DNA from: Candidatus Thiovulum stygium
Lineage (GTDB): Bacteria > Campylobacterota > Campylobacteria > Campylobacterales > Thiovulaceae
Length of the DNA stretch: 64,000 nt
Direction of reading: 5' to 3'
NCBI GenBank assembly: GCA_021582295.1
Contig: CP091137.1
Span: 148,970 to 212,969, forward strand
Shown here: positions 49,215 to 59,970 of the stretch, one piece after another
How positions within the stretch are numbered: position 1 is the first letter of the stretch
Layout: each line of letters begins with the position of its first letter
Position numbers and translations under genes: made by a program
Notes under the pieces: generated by a model
What the model was told of the DNA's origin: nothing
The model's input: only the letters and a program-made list of their open reading frames with translations
The model's database searches: none

Positions 49215-50970
49215 ATGCAAAATATCAAAAAATACAAGATATCAAAAAATACAAGATATCAAAAAAATACAAGATATCAAAAAAATACAAGATGAATTTC
49301 TCGAACAATTTGAATACCAACAGAAAGATGAATTTCAAGAAGATGAATTTCAAGAAGATGTATTTCAAGAAGATGTATTTCAAGAAGATGTATTTCAAAA
49401 TGAATTTCAAAAAATAGATGTATTTCAAAATGAATTTCAAGAAATAGATGAATTTGAATTCATGGAAATGCAAAATAAGAAAAATAAGAAAAATAAGAAA
49501 AATAAATCTACAAAAAATAAAAATCAAGTAGAAAATACAGTTAGTGAAGTTGTTAGTGAAGCAATTGTAGAAGATGCTCATAATAATAAATCTGATAAAA
49601 TGTCTAAATCAACAGATTTACAAGTTAGAAGACCAAATAAACTTTATGAATTACCATTAAAGAAGAATTTAGCTCTTCTTTTTGATATATTGATGTATAA
49701 CTTTTATGTTCTAAATCCGAAAGATAAAGAATTTAAAATGTCTTGGATTGAACTTCAAAAGAACTTTCAAATAAATACTGCAAATAAAAATCATATAAAA
49801 GAGAAGTTACAAGAACTTCAAGAACTTAATTTAATTTCAGATTTAAAAACTTGGAATTATGGCTTTTATTATAAATTCGAAAAGACTTTTTTAAGTTATG
49901 AAGAGATTTTAGCACCTAAAACTTGGACTTTTTTAAATTATTCGTTAATGGTAAAGTTAGATTTCATCTCTTATGTTCTTTATACTCTTGCTTATAAGTT
50001 TTTTAATTTTACAAAAGAGAGTCATCATAAATTTGAAAATCAAACAAAATTCCTTGATACAATTGATTTTTTAAAGACTTTTAGTCAATCTCAATCATTA
50101 ACAAATGGAGTAGCACAAAACAGACTTTTAAAACGAGTTCGAGAGAGTCTTGTAATTCTAAGAGAATTTGGAATTCTTATTGAAATTCAGACAAAAACTT
50201 TTGGAAAACCAATTATAGGTATAAAATTCTTGTTTAGAAAAGTTCCAAAGTTAAAACCAATTATTACTAAAAATGTAGATTTCACTATTCAACGAAAAAA
50301 AAGAGCTTTAAAAGGTGTTAGTATTAATGCTGAAAATTGGAAAGCATATAGTCAAAAAAAGCACTTAAATGACTTAAATGATGCATATAAAAATACTGAA
50401 GATTTAACTATTAGAAACTTTATTCTTGAAGATTTATTTCCAGCAGTTGTTCGTTCAAAGATGGACTTTATCCAAGAAACTAGAATGTGGGTTATAAAGA
50501 AGTTTAAAGATGAAAAAACAGGAAAATATAACATTACTACTGAAGAAGCTCGTAAGGTATTAGAACAGTATAAAAGTCGAGGATCTTTTGAAAAAATGAT
50601 TGGTCGAGGTATTTTTGATAAAAAGACTAAGTATTTAAAAATGGATATAAAAGCTGATGGTACAGAGTTTTATATTTTTGGACAACATCCACTTATGTCA
50701 AAAATTAGAACAACATATCAAATTCTAAAAGTTGATAAAAACTTTAAAATTGATCCAAATTTTAAAGATGTTAGTAAAGATGTTAGTAAAGATGTTAGTA
50801 AAGATGTTAGTAAAGATGTTAGTAAAGATGTTAGTAAAGATGTTAGTAAAGATATTATTAGCCAAGATGTTAGTAAAGAGGTTATTAAAGATATTATTAG
50901 CAGGGATATTAGCAAGGATATTAGAGAAATTAGTAGAAATATTAAAACTAACAGTTATACTTTGAAATAG
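49215..50970 (+). CDS. Repeat-laden protein with a plasmid Rep (winged-helix initiator)-like core; 5' end ambiguous
   Basis: A GGAGG RBS lies 7 nt before the ATG at 49215, but that ATG is in frame only if two A6 runs are read as A7. The track uses the TTG at 49201. The central part (WTFLNYSLMVKLDFISYVLYTLAYKF...) resembles Rep_3-type initiators. Several in-frame tandem repeats. Confidence 0.5.
49222..49291 (+). repeat. Four direct 17/17/18/18-bp repeats atatcaaaaaa(a)tacaag (iteron-like, or coding KKIQDI repeats)
   Basis: Units at 49222, 49239, 49256 and 49274. The first two carry A6 and the last two carry A7. Confidence 0.85.
50767..50850 (+). repeat. 12-bp tandem repeat gatgttagtaaa x7 (DVSK x7) at the 3' end of the Rep-like ORF
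   Basis: Seven perfect copies, followed by degenerate DIIS/DVSK/DISK units. Confidence 0.9.
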
Positions 50971-50988
50971 AAATTAGTTTTAATATAT

Positions 50989-53900
50989 ATGGAACATCTT
51001 AAAACTAGATCTTTATTAACTCACTCTTATTCTGCTTCAATAATTTCTGAAGAAAGATTTTTAAAATTTCTTGGAGAGTTAAAAAAGTATTTAAATAATA
51101 TTTATAAAATTGAAAATGAAGAAACTGGAAAAACATCTTTACGAGAACTTTTTAAATCAGTTGGTTATAAAGATAATTATAAAATTGAACCTTATGATAA
51201 AATAGATTTAGCAATTTATGAAAATATTGAGCATAAAAAAATTGAAGTAATTATTGAAGCAAAATTACCTAACAGTCGCGAAATGGTAATAAATAACGAT
51301 TTTAATAAAAAAGCTTTTGCTCAAATTTGTTATTATGCTTATAAATATAATAGTTCGTCTATAAAAAATTTAATAATTACAGATTATAAAACTCTTTATA
51401 TCTTTAAAGCTAATGAAATTAAAAAAATTATTGATTCCCCTTTTTTTCCAAAAATTAGTAAAAAAGCTTTAACTGAAGAAATTTATGCTGATATTTTAAA
51501 AAATTTTGATTTTTTACCTGAAATTAAATATGGTTATATAAATTTTGAAAAGTTTATAATAAAAGATATAGAATTTCTTGAAAAAAATATTTATTTAAAT
51601 AATGATGAAATTTTTGAATTAAAAAGAGAATTAACCGCAATTTATAAAGTTTTATCTCCTCAAAATCTTTTAGAGTTAAATATTGACAAAGATATGAATG
51701 AACTTGATGATAGTTTTTATCGAGAACTTTTATATATTTTTGGAGTTGAAGAGCGACAAGATTCAGATGGAATCACTAAAATTTTAAGAATTGAATCTGA
51801 GGAAAAAAGAGAACATGGTTCGATTTTAGAATTAACTTTTGCTGAAAATAGTAATTTAACTTTTGAAGAATCTTTTGAATTGAATATTATCTGGTTAAAT
51901 AGAATTTTGTTTTTAAAGTTATTAGAAGCTAGATTATTATTTATGCACCAAGATATAAAAGCATTTATGAATATCGAAATAATTCCAGATTTTAGGCAAC
52001 TTGAAAATCTATTTTTTGAAGTAATGGCAAAAGAGATTGAATTTAGAAAAAATGGTTTGGAAATATTTTCAAGAATTCCTTATATGAACTCATCGCTTTT
52101 GAAAAAAAAGATGCTGAACTTCAGTTTTTCGGTATTAAAGCTCTTGATTCTAATATTTCTTTAAAATTATATGCAAATAGTATTTTAAAAAATAGCGAAT
52201 TTAAGACTTTAAATTATATTTTTCGTTTTCTTGATAGTTATGATTTTGGTAGTAATAAATATCAAGAAGTTTCTAAAATTGATAAAACTCTTATTAAATC
52301 TTCTGTTTTAGGTCTTATTTTTGAAAAAGTTAATGGTTATAAAGATGGTTCTCATTTTACTCCATCTTTTATAACTCAAAAACTAGCTAAAGATTCTCTC
52401 GATAAATTTAATGGTAATTTAAAAAATATTAAAGTTCTTGATCCCGCAGTTGGTTCAGGACATATTTTAGTTTCTGTTATGAATGAGCTAATTGTTCGTC
52501 AAATTGAGTTAAAAGGTCGTTTTGGCAAAACTCGTGAAGTTAATATTAATATCGAAAATGATGAGATTTTTATCTCTGATGAAGTTCAATATATTGCAAA
52601 TCAAGATAATAAATTTGATCCAATTGCTGAAGAGATTCAGTTTCAAATGTTTGATTTAAAAAAAGAATTATCGAAAATAATCTTTTTGGTGTTGATATAA
52701 ATAGCAATTCTGTTGAAATCGCTCGTTTGCGATTATGGATTGAGCTTTTAAAATGGAGTTATTACGACGAAAATAATAAATTTACTGTTTTACCAAATTT
52801 AGATATAAATATTAAAGTTGGTAATTCTTTAATTTCACGATTTAAAGTTACTGAAAATATAAATAAAATTGGTAAAGATAAAGTCTCGCGACTTCAAGAA
52901 CTTGGTCATCTTTATTTTAAAAAATCTGGCATTGAAAAACGAAAAATTATTGATGAAATCAAAAATATTAAAAATAGCTTTATTGAAGTTTTGCAAAATG
53001 ATGATCCTCAACTCAAAAAAATTAAACGAAAAATTCTCGATTTTCAAGATAAACATGGTGACGAATTTATTAATGACTATCTTAAAACTTATAATTTAAC
53101 TGCTAATCTATTCTCAATTTATCAAAAACCTAATAAGAGCTTAAAAAAAGATTTACTAGAAATTGATGAACTTCATCAAAATATTCAATTTTTGGAAAAT
53201 TTACAAAACTCTTTCGAATGGCGATTCGAATTTCCAGATATTTTAAATAGTAATAGTGATTTTATAGGTTTCGATTTAATTATAGCAAATCCTCCATATA
53301 TTCGACAAGAACGAATTAAAGATCTTAAGCCTTATCTCGAAAAAAGATATAAAATTTACAATGGCACTGCTGATATTTATACATATTTTTTTGAACTCGC
53401 TTTTGAACTTTTATCTAAAAATGGAGTTATAAGTTTTATCACTTCTAATAAATGGACTCGAGCTAAATATGGTCAGAATTTAAGAGAATTTATCTTACAA
53501 AATAGCGATATTTTGCAATATGTCGATTTGAACGGTATTAAAGTTTTTGCACATGCAACTGTTGATACAAGTCTTATTTTTCTAAAACATCGTTCTGATT
53601 ATGTTAATATCGATAAAAATATTAATGAAATTAGAGATACTCCTTTTAAATTTTGCATTGCAAATGAAAAAATTGAGATTTCAAAAGAGAATCCAAAAAT
53701 TAAAGAAAAAACTTATAGTTATAATTGTTTTGAATATTCTATGAAAAATCTATCTCCTGATACTTTTTCGTTTGCAAATTCTCAAGAGCTTGAGATAAAA
53801 AAGAAAATTGAACAAATTGGCACACCGCTAAAAGATTGGGATGTTAAAATAAACTATGGCATTAAAACAGGTTTTAATGAAGCTTTTATAATTTCGACTG

Positions 53901-54623
53901 AAAAACGAAATGAGATTTTGAATAATTGCACCTCATCAGATGAACGAGAACGAACTGAAAAGATTATTAAAGCCAATTTTAAGAGGTAGGGATATTAAAA
54001 GATATGGGTATGAGTGGGCAGGGCTTTGGATAATAGTTGTTAAATTTGGTTTTAATGCTGAGCTTGATAAATATCCAGCAATTTTAGAACATTTAACACA
54101 ATACAAAGAGCAATTAAAAAATCGTGGTCAATGCAGATATTCTCGTGGAGGAATTGGGCAAGGACAACATCATTGGCTTGAACTTGACAATAATCCAAAG
54201 GATTTTTACTTGGATGAGTTTGAAAAAGAGAAGATTGTTTTTAAAGCAATAGGTAAAAATTTAGCTTTTTCAATTGTTAAATCAGGAATTTTTGTTTCAG
54301 CTCCGTCATCGTTTCTAACTTCGCAAAAAAACAAATATATTCTAGGCATACTATCTAGTAAAGTTGTTCAAAGTTATATTTACGATAATTCTGATAGAAC
54401 TGGAGCTGGAGATGTTATGTTAAATATTCAATCTTTTGAAAAAATTCCACTCCCAAAAATATCACAAGAAGAGCAAGAACCATTTGTAAAACTTGTTGAT
54501 GAGATAATGGAGCTAAAAGCGAAAAATGAAGATACAAAAGAATTTGAGAATCAAATCGATGAAATGGTTTATAAACTTTATGGTTTGAGTGAGGATGAGG
54601 TAAAGATTATAAACGGCAAATAA
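50989..54623 (+). pseudogene. Type IIG restriction-modification enzyme (~1200 aa if intact) broken into four collinear frames
   Basis: N-terminal DLAIY...VIIEAKLP nuclease motif, IPYMNSSL(F), VLDPAVGSGHIL (motif I), IIENNLFGVDIN after repair, IIANPPYIRQE (motif IV), a TaqI-like C-terminal part and ...LYGLSEDEVKIINGK. Frame breaks at A8 52102-52109 (-1), A7 52658-52664 (-1) and around 53940-53989 (+1). Confidence 0.8.
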
Positions 54624-55139
54624 GAGAGTTTAAAGCTTTAACCATAAAATTTATCAGGTTTTTGATTAAAGTGTCTAAATTTGGCTAGAAATGTATGTAA
54701 TCGAGCTGTTTGAATCAAATGTTTAAAGCTTTAAGAACAGATTTTAAATTTTGAAAATTTAATTAACGAAGCTATTGATGAGGTAAAGATTATAAACGGC
54801 AAATAAGAGAGTTTAAAGCTTTAACCATAAAAATTATCAGGTTTTTGATTAAAGTGTCTAAATTTGGCTAGAAATGTATGTAATCGAGCTGTTTGAATCA
54901 AATGTTTAAAGCTTTAAGAACAAATTTTAAATTTTGAAAATTTAATTAACGAAGCTATTGATGAGGTAAAGATAATAAACGGCAAATAAGAGAGTTTAAA
55001 GCTTTAACCATAAAATTTATCAGGTTTTTGATTAAAGTGTCTAAATTTGGCTAGAAATGTATGTAATCGAGCTGTTTGAATCAAATGTTTAAAGCTTTAA
55101 GAACAAATTTTAAATTTTCAAAATTTAATTAACGAAGCT
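54594..55139 (+). repeat. Three tandem copies of a 183-bp unit that begins with the last 30 nt of the RM gene
   Basis: gatgaggtaaagat(t/a)ataaacggcaaataagagagtttaaagctttaacc... recurs at 54594, 54777 and 54960. Confidence 0.9.
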
Positions 55140-55154
55140 TATGAAAACGAAAAT
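55114..55154 (+). repeat. Left copy of a 41-bp direct repeat flanking the 245-aa ORF cassette
   Basis: attttcaaaatttaattaacgaagcttatgaaaacgaaaat. The right copy at 55958-55998 differs at one base. Confidence 0.85.
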
Positions 55155-55195
55155 CATCTATAATTTTAAAAATCTAATTTTTCGAGGAATTTATA

Positions 55196-55933
55196 TTGAG
55201 TTTATATGAACTATTAGAAAACTTAACTCTTGAAGATATTGAAAAACTTCGCGAACTGAAATTAAAAGAGATTCAGCAATTACCAACTTTCTCATTTTCT
55301 AAAATTAGGTTTTCAGATTTAAAGCGATTTTTTAAAATAGAGCAGAATATCAATATTTCGAATTGTTTTGAGAATTGGTTTAATTCTGATATTGAAATCC
55401 AAGAAAATATATCTAAGTTTTTAGAAAACTTGATTTTAAAGAACAGAGGTTTAATTCAGAATTATAATGAAGAGGATTTGAAAATACATTTTTTATCGCC
55501 TCTTTTCTATCAAATAGATTTTAAATCTTTCGAGAAAAAGTATCGCGATTTTTATAATGAGAAGATTCGTTATGAAAACGATAAGCTGGTTTTAAGCGGA
55601 GAGGTTGATTTTGTTTTGGCAAAAGGTCTTTACGAGAGCGAAACACCATATTTTTTTATTCAGGAGTTTAAAAAAGGTGTTGAGTTTTCAGATCCTCGTC
55701 CGCAACTTGTTGCCGAATTGATTGCAGGTTTGGAAATTTCTAATTTTAAAAATATCAAAGGTGCTTATATTATTGGTTCTATTTGGAATTTCGTATTTTT
55801 AGAAAAAATTGAAAAAGATAGTTATCGATATTATGTTTCTGAAAATTTCGATAGTTCAAAAATAGGAGATTTGAATCTTATTTATAAAAATTTGCTATTT
55901 GTAAAAAAAGAGATCGAAGAATTATTAAAATAA
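55196..55933 (+). CDS. PD-(D/E)xK nuclease-like protein (type I R-subunit N-terminal domain-like)
   Basis: GEVDFVLAKG ... FFIQEFKKG fits the D...ExK motif and spacing. TTG start; 245 aa. Confidence 0.5.
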   Translation: MSLYELLENLTLEDIEKLRELKLKEIQQLPTFSFSKIRFSDLKRFFKIEQNINISNCFENWFNSDIEIQENISKFLENLILKNRGLIQNYNEEDLKIHFLSPLFYQIDFKSFEKKYRDFYNEKIRYENDKLVLSGEVDFVLAKGLYESETPYFFIQEFKKGVEFSDPRPQLVAELIAGLEISNFKNIKGAYIIGSIWNFVFLEKIEKDSYRYYVSENFDSSKIGDLNLIYKNLLFVKKEIEELLK

Positions 55934-55957
55934 CCTCATCGCTATAATTGATTTATA

Positions 55958-55998
55958 ATTTTGAAAATTTAATTAACGAAGCTTATGAAAACGAAAAA
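55958..55998 (+). repeat. Right copy of the 41-bp direct repeat flanking the 245-aa ORF cassette
   Basis: attttgaaaatttaattaacgaagcttatgaaaacgaaaaat. Confidence 0.85.
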
Positions 55999-56009
55999 TA
56001 GGATAAAAA

Positions 56010-58574
56010 TTGGAACGAACAATTAAAAGTTTAGAGATAAAAATCGAAACACTTTTAGAAAAACGAGACTCTTTTAAAATAGCAAAAGAGATTGAACTTT
56101 TCATCAAAGAATATAAAAGTTCTTTAAAACAGAGTTTTTTAGATCGACCAGATAAAGGTAGAAATTTTTTAATAAAACATTCAAAGTTTTATGACTCTGT
56201 TATTACACTTTTATATAAAAGTGTTTTAAGATTAATGTTCGGAAATTATATGCCACTTAGAGATTCAATTCCGATTGTTATTGTTGCTCTTGGAAGTTAT
56301 GGTCGCGAAGAATTAACAGTTCATAGTGATATCGATTTAATGATCACTTATCGTAAAATAGATGGATATAATATCGAAAAAATTATAGAGCGGTTTTTAT
56401 TAATGGTTTGGGATTCTGGTTTAAAATTGGGTCATAGAACTCACGATATCAGTGAAATAGAAGCTGTTGCAAAAACTGATTCAACTATTAAAACTGCAAT
56501 TTTAGAATCTCGGAAAATTATGGGTTCTACTTTTGTTTGGAATGCTTTATTAGATCAATTAAAAGCTGTTCGCCAATTTGATCAATATGGCTTTATTCGT
56601 CAAAAAGAGGTTGAACGAGATAAACGATATCGAACTCATTCAATGGGCGAAATGGAACCTGATCTTAAAGATGGTTTTGGCGGTTTGCGAGATTGGAATA
56701 TTTTATATTGGGTTGCAAATGTTATATACGGTGTTGATAATATTCGCGAACTTTCTGGTAAATTATTTTCAGAATCTGAATTGAGAAAATTTTCATCAGC
56801 TCTCGATTTTGTTTTTGCAACTCGAACAGCGTTGCATTTATCGACTAAAAAGAAGCGGGATCGAGTTACTCTTGACGATGTTCCATATTTGAGTGAAACT
56901 CTCGGAATAGAACAACATTCACAATTTTCTCAAAAGTTATCTTCGGCAATGTGGAATATTCATGCTTTTGCATCAAAAGTTACTCGAAAAATTGCAAAAT
57001 CAATTATATTTAAAAATGATATTAATCAATTTATAAATATAAAAGAGTCTCGAATTGCTCGAGGACTTTATGTCGTGAATAACGAATTATTAATAGCTAG
57101 TGAAATTAAGTTTAAAAATTATGAAGAATTTATAGCTTTTTTACATCAGATTCCTGATCAAAATTTAAAAATTAGTGAATCTATTTATGCTCTGCTTGAT
57201 TCTATTGAAACAGAAAATGAAAATATTATAAGTTCAGATAGAAAAAATATCTTAAAACTTTTTGAACGACAATATTTATATCCAGTTTTAGAAATTTTAT
57301 TAAAAGTGGCATTAATTGATAAATTATTACCTCTTTTTGAAAAAGTTTTACATTTGCCACAATTTGATGGTTATCATAAACATCCTGTTGATGTTCATTC
57401 GATCTATAATATTCGTGAAATAGAAAATATTCAAGATAAAAAAATAGCAGATTTATATAATAGTTTGGCTGATTCTGAAAGACGAATTTTAAAAATTGCT
57501 TCACTTTTTCATGATATTGGTAAAGGTCGAACCGAAGATCATAGCAAGGTTGGTGCAAGAATTACAAAGCAATTTTTAAAAGATTTTGGAGAAGAAAACG
57601 ATGAGGTAATTGAGAGAGTTGGAAACCTAATAAGACATCACACAGTTATGACAGAAACAGCATATAATGATGACATATTTGATGAACGAGTAATTTTTAG
57701 TTTTACTTCAAGATTAAAAGAGCGACGAGATTTAAATTTATTATATATTTTGACTTATGGAGATGTTCGAAGTGTAAATGAGAAAACTTTTAATTCTCAT
57801 AGTGGAAGACTTTTAAGCACACTTTATCAAAATGCCTTATATTCTTTTGAACATAGAGAAATGTTAAAAGAGTCTGAACGAAAAGAAAAACGAGTTCGTC
57901 AGCTAATTAATAGCGAAATTTATAAAATTCAACCTAAAAATATTCAAAAAGCTGTTCTTGATATCAAATCTAATTTTGCTTTTTTACAACTTTCTAATGA
58001 AGAACTTATAGAAATCGTTCAGATTACAAAATCGCTTTCTGGTTATTGGTTCAAATTTGAGAACAACGAATATTTAACTTTACGAGTTATTCGAGATAAA
58101 AGTTTGAATTTCGATATTGCATATTTATTAAATCGTTTGAATCTTTTATCTGTTGCTTCACTTGAGCTTTTTGAACTTTTCGATGGAGCTAAATATTTTA
58201 AAATAGAATTTACTAGTTCAATTGCAAAAGATGATGAAATAATGCTTGATGAGGTAATTAAATTATCGTTTGTAAATAATAATGACACTCGAAAAAAATT
58301 CAAAAAATTATTAGCTAAAATATATCGTGAAGAACTTACAATTGATTGCGATTATTCTAATAGTCATGTTCGAATGCGGTTGCAAACTGCAAATCAAAAT
58401 GGTCTTTTAGCCTATTTATTTAAATTTTTTGAAGATGAAAAAATAGATGTCGTTTCGACTAAAACTCAAACTTTCAAAAAAAGTGTTAAAGATACATTTT
58501 TATTTAATCGAGATAATAGCGGTTGCGATAAATATGAAAGATTAATAGGTTTAATAACTGGAGATATAAAATAA
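56010..58574 (+). CDS. glnD: [Protein-PII] uridylyltransferase/uridylyl-removing enzyme-like protein
   Basis: Nucleotidyltransferase motif GSYGREELTVHSDIDLMI, HD domain HKHPVD...FHDIGKG and a C-terminal ACT-like region. 854 aa, TTG start. Confidence 0.8.
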   Translation: MERTIKSLEIKIETLLEKRDSFKIAKEIELFIKEYKSSLKQSFLDRPDKGRNFLIKHSKFYDSVITLLYKSVLRLMFGNYMPLRDSIPIVIVALGSYGREELTVHSDIDLMITYRKIDGYNIEKIIERFLLMVWDSGLKLGHRTHDISEIEAVAKTDSTIKTAILESRKIMGSTFVWNALLDQLKAVRQFDQYGFIRQKEVERDKRYRTHSMGEMEPDLKDGFGGLRDWNILYWVANVIYGVDNIRELSGKLFSESELRKFSSALDFVFATRTALHLSTKKKRDRVTLDDVPYLSETLGIEQHSQFSQKLSSAMWNIHAFASKVTRKIAKSIIFKNDINQFINIKESRIARGLYVVNNELLIASEIKFKNYEEFIAFLHQIPDQNLKISESIYALLDSIETENENIISSDRKNILKLFERQYLYPVLEILLKVALIDKLLPLFEKVLHLPQFDGYHKHPVDVHSIYNIREIENIQDKKIADLYNSLADSERRILKIASLFHDIGKGRTEDHSKVGARITKQFLKDFGEENDEVIERVGNLIRHHTVMTETAYNDDIFDERVIFSFTSRLKERRDLNLLYILTYGDVRSVNEKTFNSHSGRLLSTLYQNALYSFEHREMLKESERKEKRVRQLINSEIYKIQPKNIQKAVLDIKSNFAFLQLSNEELIEIVQITKSLSGYWFKFENNEYLTLRVIRDKSLNFDIAYLLNRLNLLSVASLELFELFDGAKYFKIEFTSSIAKDDEIMLDEVIKLSFVNNNDTRKKFKKLLAKIYREELTIDCDYSNSHVRMRLQTANQNGLLAYLFKFFEDEKIDVVSTKTQTFKKSVKDTFLFNRDNSGCDKYERLIGLITGDIK

Positions 58575-59342
58575 ATGAGAATCGTAATAACTGGAGCTAG
58601 TAGTGGCATTGGTCATGAATTGGCAAAAATATATAAAGCTCGAGGAGATAAACTTTTTTTAGTTGCTCGACGAATTGAATTACTTGGCAAATTTTTAAGC
58701 GAAAATATCTTTGGAGCTGATTTATCGGAACTTGATGAAGCAATTCGCACGGGGGAAGCAATTGCAAAATGGAATCCAGATTTAATTATTATAAATGCTG
58801 GTATATCATTAGGGCATTCGCGAGATAAATTAACAAATTTAAATGATTTCGAAAAATTATTTATAACTAATTTTTCGTCAATTCATCCAACTTTATATCC
58901 AACACTATTAAAATGGATTAATCATTCTAATAATAATTTGCATTCTGGTTCTGATACAGAAAAAATTGATAAAAAAATAGTTTTTATATCGTCATTAGCT
59001 TCATTAATCACATTGCCATCATCAATTGCTTATAGCACTTCAAAACGAGCAATGAATAGTTACGCTGAAGGTTTGCGATTTTTCTTAAAACCTTATGGAG
59101 TAAAAATTACAACGATTCTTCCAGGATTTATAGAAACTCCACTAACTCATAAAAATAAATTTAATATGCCTTTTATTTTACCTCTTGAAAAAGGTGTTGA
59201 ACAAATTTATGATGCAATTGAAGATAATAAAGTTTTTTATCCATTTCCTTATATTTTTTATATATTAATAAAAATATTAAATTTATTGCCAAATTTTTTA
59301 AGAGATTGGTTTATATCAAAAAGTGGTGTTGGAGTTAAATAA
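58575..59342 (+). CDS. Short-chain dehydrogenase/reductase family oxidoreductase
   Basis: ITGASSGIG cofactor motif and YSTSK catalytic motif. Confidence 0.85.
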   Translation: MRIVITGASSGIGHELAKIYKARGDKLFLVARRIELLGKFLSENIFGADLSELDEAIRTGEAIAKWNPDLIIINAGISLGHSRDKLTNLNDFEKLFITNFSSIHPTLYPTLLKWINHSNNNLHSGSDTEKIDKKIVFISSLASLITLPSSIAYSTSKRAMNSYAEGLRFFLKPYGVKITTILPGFIETPLTHKNKFNMPFILPLEKGVEQIYDAIEDNKVFYPFPYIFYILIKILNLLPNFLRDWFISKSGVGVK

Positions 59343-59866
59343 TGTATATTATAAATAAGAGCAATAAGTATAAAAAGGCTTTTACTCTTATTGAAACATT
59401 GATGGCGGTTGTAATTATTTCTATTGTTGGTTATGCACTTTTGCAAACTCACTCAAATGTTATTCATTCATTAACACTTTTTGCAGATAGAATGAAAGTT
59501 AATGAATATAGTTCTATTCTTTTTTCGAAAATATCTAAAGATTTTCATAATAAAAAAAGAGATTTATATGAATATGCTAAAGAAATATATTCTATTAATG
59601 ATGATGATCTAATAAAATTTTTAAAAAAAGAGGAGTTTTTATATAAGCAAGAAGAATTATATTTTATGCGACTTGGCGAAAGTGAAGATGGAAACGGTTT
59701 AAATGAAGATTTAATGGCAGAATTTGAACGACGAGATGAAAATGGTGAAATTATAAAAAGTGTTGAAGGAGCAGGAATTTCGATAGAACAGATAACTCTA
59801 TCAAATGATAATAATCTTTCAACTTTTATTTATCATTTTACTTATGAAATAAATGAATCAAAATAG
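59342..59866 (+). CDS. Prepilin-type N-terminal cleavage/methylation domain protein (pseudopilin, T2SS/competence type)
   Basis: KKAFTLIETLMAVVIISIVGYALL is the canonical class III signal (FTLIE). Confidence 0.7.
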   Translation: MYIINKSNKYKKAFTLIETLMAVVIISIVGYALLQTHSNVIHSLTLFADRMKVNEYSSILFSKISKDFHNKKRDLYEYAKEIYSINDDDLIKFLKKEEFLYKQEELYFMRLGESEDGNGLNEDLMAEFERRDENGEIIKSVEGAGISIEQITLSNDNNLSTFIYHFTYEINESK

Positions 59867-59970
59867 TAATAATTATTTAAGACTATTTATATAATTATTA
59901 AAATTTAGCAAAAGTTACATTGATCCGATTCTATAAACGAATAAATTTTTAATAAATATAGGAGTTCCAA

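Noticed and set aside
49225-50965. Alternative-frame ORFs 49225-49581 (-), 50718-50915 (-) and 50732-50965 (+)
   Set aside because: They are generated purely by the tandem repeats of the Rep-like ORF, which stay open in several frames. Their products are monotonous (LLTS or MLVK repeats).
54594-55139. Possible CRISPR array, because of regularly spaced identical segments
   Set aside because: The whole 183-bp unit is repeated, including what would be the spacers. There is no short-repeat/unique-spacer alternation and no cas genes are nearby, so it is a tandem duplication.
42379-55951. Shared 11-mer cgctataattg near the right edges of both islands (42379 and 55941) as a possible att core
   Set aside because: In AT-rich DNA of this length, many 11-mers are shared by chance. 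There are no matching copies at the left island borders and no integrase gene.
59867-59970. Sigma-54 promoter upstream of flgE, expected from Campylobacter biology
   Set aside because: I looked for GG-N10-GC (TGGCAC-N5-TTGC-like) in the 104-bp upstream region. The only GG is in the AGGAG ribosome-binding site, so no call can be supported.
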